This document shows positions 34,483-37,958 of a DNA stretch of 37,958 nt, one piece after another (the stretch's first letter is position 1; every line of letters begins with the position of its first letter). A program made the position numbers and the translations under genes. This DNA comes from a virus (Duplodnaviria; Caudoviricetes): positions 1 through 37,958 of the IMG/VR virus record IMGVR_UViG_3300043416_000465; one strand, 5' to 3'. Under the pieces are notes generated by a model. The model saw only the letters and a list, made by a program, of their open reading frames with translations, ran no database searches and was not told where the DNA came from.

Positions 34483-36102
34483 TTATACCTTAAGTACTTT
34501 TTCTAATACAAAATCAAAATGGTCTTTGGCTTCCGAGCGAAGCCTCAGCATACCTTCCGCTGTCGAAAAATGCTCCAACCCGACTGATACAACCTCGGTT
34601 GCAGCTTGATCGGGGTAGACTTTCCCAACATACTCTATAAGGTAGCTATCGGCTAGTGCAACCTCATCATCTCCATAGCCTTTATTTTGGGTAAGATCAC
34701 TAAGTCGCTGCAATTTCCCATTCCCAGCTTTTCTATTACGCCAATCCTTAGCAGCAGAGAGCAGACCATTATCGCTAAACTCGATGTGGTGAGCAAATTC
34801 GTGGTACAAAGTAGAGTTTGCGGATTGCCTGTATACCAGCAGCCCAGCGGGGCTGGCATATGCTCGGCCTTTTCCCATAACTACATCTTTCAATGTTGGG
34901 GGAATGCCTCCTGTTAGCTGAACAATTTCGGCCAAATCACGCTGGGTTTGCCTTATGGATCGATCAGCCATCGGTTGCCCAGTAAAGTCCTTGCTGTAAG
35001 TCAGATTTGCAGCAAGGACAATAGCCTTGGCTGCTGCTGAGTCGATCTTCTTCAGCTCAGTCCTGAGATCTTTAGCAGCCAGTAAAGCGTCTTCCTTCGG
35101 CCGGTCAAGGGCATAAGATAGCTCTGTCCTCTCTGCCCACAATTGATCTTTGCGAGCTTGAAACTGCTCAATGTCCTCGCCCTTCGATCGGGCTATTGCT
35201 AGGACTTCGCGAGTTTTGTCCTTCAACGCCTTTTCCCGAGCGTGAAACAAGGAGATCTTTTGATCTAAATCATTCAATTTTGCCGTAATTTTTAGAGATC
35301 GGCCGTTTTGCTTCTTCGGTTCCGAGGAATTCTTTTCAAATGCCCTCAGCTCCTTCTTGAGGGCTTTAGCTGCCCTCTGCTGCTCCAGTGTCATGGTAAT
35401 TCGGCAAGTCTTCTTACCCGAAATACAGCTATACCCACAACTGTGGCTAGTGGATTTACATTTAGGCTTTTCTCTCCCAGCGTCTTTGTTCGCGCCCTTG
35501 AATTCTGCGAACCCGCCCCCAGCCTTCCTTAGCACGCCATTCTCAGCGTTGTGTAGCCAGCGGTGGATTTCATACTGAGATGGGTTCCGGGGCAACGCGC
35601 TGGGCTGCTCCCCCACGGCGTAAGACTGTGCGGGGATCTTGATATCATCGGCTGCCCCGTAGAAGTTAATGAGTCCTTCGCCGATCAAAACATTTCGCCC
35701 CTCGATCAACAGCGACCCGCCAGAAGTCTCAAATTTGAAGCTACCAGTGTCGAATAAACTTGGCTTTCGATCAACCGTTACGGCATCCCCCGATCGACTA
35801 ACCGAGTAAGGTTGGCGAGTATTCAGATCATCTATCAGATCTTGTTCATCCTTTTCATACTGCCGATCTGCCTCCTCTTGATCGGCCTCTTCTTCTAGTC
35901 GCTCAGCTATTTCCGATTTGCTTTCAAGCAAGTCGCCGGTTTCAGCCGATCTCCACCGGCTATCTTTTAAATGGTAATTTTTACCATTTATCACCTTCTT
36001 GCTACCCTCTGGCAGCTTGGCGAATTCAGCAGTAGGAAGGTAGTTCACCGCCGCAAAGTTGGCCGCCGTTTCCCATGTTATTAGGTCAAGATCTAATTTC
36101 AA
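34483..36102 (-). CDS. Multidomain protein with Cys-motif, coiled coil and C-terminal zincin-like HExxH domain
   Basis: KPKCKSTSHSCGYSCISGKKTCRI; LYHEFAHHIE...YVGKVY...TEVVSVGLE. TTGA overlap with the portal stop. Confidence 0.8.
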   Translation of the reverse strand: MKLDLDLITWETAANFAAVNYLPTAEFAKLPEGSKKVINGKNYHLKDSRWRSAETGDLLESKSEIAERLEEEADQEEADRQYEKDEQDLIDDLNTRQPYSVSRSGDAVTVDRKPSLFDTGSFKFETSGGSLLIEGRNVLIGEGLINFYGAADDIKIPAQSYAVGEQPSALPRNPSQYEIHRWLHNAENGVLRKAGGGFAEFKGANKDAGREKPKCKSTSHSCGYSCISGKKTCRITMTLEQQRAAKALKKELRAFEKNSSEPKKQNGRSLKITAKLNDLDQKISLFHAREKALKDKTREVLAIARSKGEDIEQFQARKDQLWAERTELSYALDRPKEDALLAAKDLRTELKKIDSAAAKAIVLAANLTYSKDFTGQPMADRSIRQTQRDLAEIVQLTGGIPPTLKDVVMGKGRAYASPAGLLVYRQSANSTLYHEFAHHIEFSDNGLLSAAKDWRNRKAGNGKLQRLSDLTQNKGYGDDEVALADSYLIEYVGKVYPDQAATEVVSVGLEHFSTAEGMLRLRSEAKDHFDFVLEKVLKV

Positions 36103-37949
36103 AATTTACCCCCTTTGATAATTTCGGCGATCGAGCTGTACAGCTCTTTTTGCACTGCCAACTGTTTCTCGCCATTAGCCACGCGCAAGGCTGCCGCGCT
36201 TAGCGCCTTAGCGATCGGGCCTGAATCGTTCTTGAGCTGGTCAAAAACCGCCATCGTCTGCGCCGATTGCTGAGCAATGTCCTTACTCGCGGCCTGGTCG
36301 ATCACGTTGTTGCCTCTGGCCAATTCTTTGGCCGCCTGAGATCGAGATACTAAGCCAAAAATCTTCTTGTCTTTGCCTAACTGGTTCCGAATCGCGTTAG
36401 CTAAGCTCGCCCGCTCGATCGCGTTGGTCTTGGTTTCCATCGTGCTCCCAAATAAATCGAATTGCTCCACTTGGTTGCTGCTACTGGCCTTCACTCCTGC
36501 GACCAATTCGGCCAAAACCCCATCATTCAACTTTCTGCCCTTTTTCTCTGCCAGCTCATACAGATCGCGCTGTTGCTCTGGCTTCAATCCAGCCTCACCG
36601 ATGATCGCCGCCCGTGATTCAGCCAGATCACCGTTTACCACCTTGGTAAACAAAGTTGGTTCCAGCTTGGCGATCGCTAGTCCCTTTTGGGCGATCTGCT
36701 CCCTCATGGGTATCCCTTTCTTTTTCAAGTCGTCGATCGTCAGCCCCGTGTCCTTGAAAAACTTCGCCGCATCCAAGCCAGTGCCCCGGCCTTCCGCAAT
36801 GTTGGTCAGAGCGCCGATCGCCCGTGCGTGTGCCGCGTCTGGTGCGTCGATTATGCGAGCTGTCACCTTTTCAGCTCCCGCCCGGTTGGCAAGTGCTAGC
36901 CTATTATGCCCATTAATCACATATAAACCACCATCAGCAGGATCTTTCCACACCTGGACAATTCCCGCTAAGTTTGGATCGTAAGTACTAACACCCGACA
37001 AGCTGCCCGCTTCGCCGGTTTTGGTCTGCTGACCGATGATTTTATATTGGAAACGCTTTGGATCGGCCTTAATGTCCGTGGCATCAATTTCGCCAACAAA
37101 TCCCGCCTCTAACTTAGGCTTGGCCGCGATCGACTCCGCTAGATCTGCCTTCAACTTAGCGATCGCCTGCTGCATTTCGGCTGTTGCCTCAATCCTGCAA
37201 GTTTTCTTGCCACTGATGCAAGTTTTGCCGCATGAGTGACTGCCTGGGTTGCATTTGGGCTTTTTGCGCTCTGCTTTGCTGGGCATTCCCTTGAATTCAG
37301 CCGCCTGCAAACGGGCTAATAACGCCTCAGCGATCGGCAGTAGTGGATCTGCCGAGAATTTAGCGCTATCAAGCAATTCTTGCGCCTTTTCTGGCGATGG
37401 TGGTGCTGGCGACTGCCCTGGAGCAGCTCCACCCCCAAGATTTTTGGTAATGGAGGTGATCGCCTTATCAGGCCAGCTTGGGAATGCGCCGGATATTAAG
37501 CCAGCAACTAGCTCAGGCTTCCATCCGCCTTGTTGGGCATTGCTGACAATCGACACCAAGGCATTTACCTGCTCACCATTTAATTGAGTGAGCGCGTCAT
37601 CGGCCTCTGGTATCTCATATTCATCGCCATACTTGGCGGCAATTGCGTCAGCCTTCAGTTTGATGCCTAGCGCCGAAAGCACGGTGTCAGTATCGGCCTC
37701 AGTCCTAATGTCCTTGCTGTCGAATTGCCGCCAGACCTTGGGTATAGCCGCCCCTGGATAGTTCCACTGGGTCAGGTTTTTGCCGATCGACCGACTAAAG
37801 CTCTGGCACATCACATCAGATAGCTGTTTCGCCATGGCCAGCCCAATATCGGCGTGAACCTCAGCCTGCGATCGACTGCTGCCATCATCAGTAGTCATCG
37901 TCTGGCCATTAATGATCTTGGAGATCGCCGCATTACAGATATCCACCAT
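36099..37949 (-). CDS. Portal protein C-terminal part fused to a Cys-motif and a ParB-like domain (total about 903 aa with 1..861)
   Basis: Begins ISKIINGQTMTT...SRSQAEVH (DUF935 core). Then a Gly/Pro linker, KPKCNPGSHSCGKTCISGKKTCRI, and RFQYK...VWKDPADGGLYVINGHNRLALA (ParB/Srx-like GHxR signature). Confidence 0.85.
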   Translation of the reverse strand: MVDICNAAISKIINGQTMTTDDGSSRSQAEVHADIGLAMAKQLSDVMCQSFSRSIGKNLTQWNYPGAAIPKVWRQFDSKDIRTEADTDTVLSALGIKLKADAIAAKYGDEYEIPEADDALTQLNGEQVNALVSIVSNAQQGGWKPELVAGLISGAFPSWPDKAITSITKNLGGGAAPGQSPAPPSPEKAQELLDSAKFSADPLLPIAEALLARLQAAEFKGMPSKAERKKPKCNPGSHSCGKTCISGKKTCRIEATAEMQQAIAKLKADLAESIAAKPKLEAGFVGEIDATDIKADPKRFQYKIIGQQTKTGEAGSLSGVSTYDPNLAGIVQVWKDPADGGLYVINGHNRLALANRAGAEKVTARIIDAPDAAHARAIGALTNIAEGRGTGLDAAKFFKDTGLTIDDLKKKGIPMREQIAQKGLAIAKLEPTLFTKVVNGDLAESRAAIIGEAGLKPEQQRDLYELAEKKGRKLNDGVLAELVAGVKASSSNQVEQFDLFGSTMETKTNAIERASLANAIRNQLGKDKKIFGLVSRSQAAKELARGNNVIDQAASKDIAQQSAQTMAVFDQLKNDSGPIAKALSAAALRVANGEKQLAVQKELYSSIAEIIKGGKF

Positions 37950-37958
37950 GCCCTGATA
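37950..37958. repeat. 9-bp terminal overlap GCCCTGATA identical to 1-9 (circular contig junction)
   Basis: Identical sequence at both ends; removing one copy restores a continuous portal ORF. Confidence 0.85.

Noticed and set aside
36367-36984. 205-aa antisense ORF and similar shadow ORFs in terL, capsid, tape measure and integrase
   Set aside because: No motifs; they lie opposite strongly supported genes.
36099-37110. ParABS plasmid-prophage partition system
   Set aside because: No ParA Walker ATPase or parS array is seen, the domain is portal-fused, and the phage has int/attP.
1-37958. Transposable Mu-type lifestyle, CRISPR array, DGR/retron, introns or inteins
   Set aside because: No DDE transposase/MuB, regularly spaced repeats, reverse transcriptase motifs or intein/homing endonuclease signatures were recognised by eye.

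Overview
The window is an apparently complete, circular temperate siphovirus-like phage genome of about 37,949 bp. Bases 37950-37958 repeat bases 1-9, and the portal reading frame continues in frame across this junction. The host is probably a cyanobacterium (very frequent CGATCG/GCGATCGC HIP1-type sites; attP carrying the 3' half of tRNA-Lys(CTT)). Head genes are Mu-like (terminase, DUF935/gp29 portal, MuF/gp30, gpG, protease-scaffold, capsid, gp36), but there is no transposase; lysogeny uses a tyrosine integrase with an intact attP. Other modules: long non-contractile tail with a LamG-tipped tail protein, two-catalytic-domain endolysin, replication initiator plus loader, ERF recombinase, KilAC antirepressor, and both a Dam-like and a C5 DNA methyltransferase. 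The most unusual region is the portal locus. The ~903-aa portal is extended by a Cys-motif and a ParB-like domain. It is followed by a 539-aa protein with the same Cys-motif and an HExxH peptidase-like domain, then a small ORF, then an ORF carrying what looks like the displaced portal C-terminus. Module boundaries carry an A-x-F motif that also recurs in the prohead protease/scaffold, suggesting protease-released capsid cargo (inference). All family assignments come from motif recognition by eye, not database searches.
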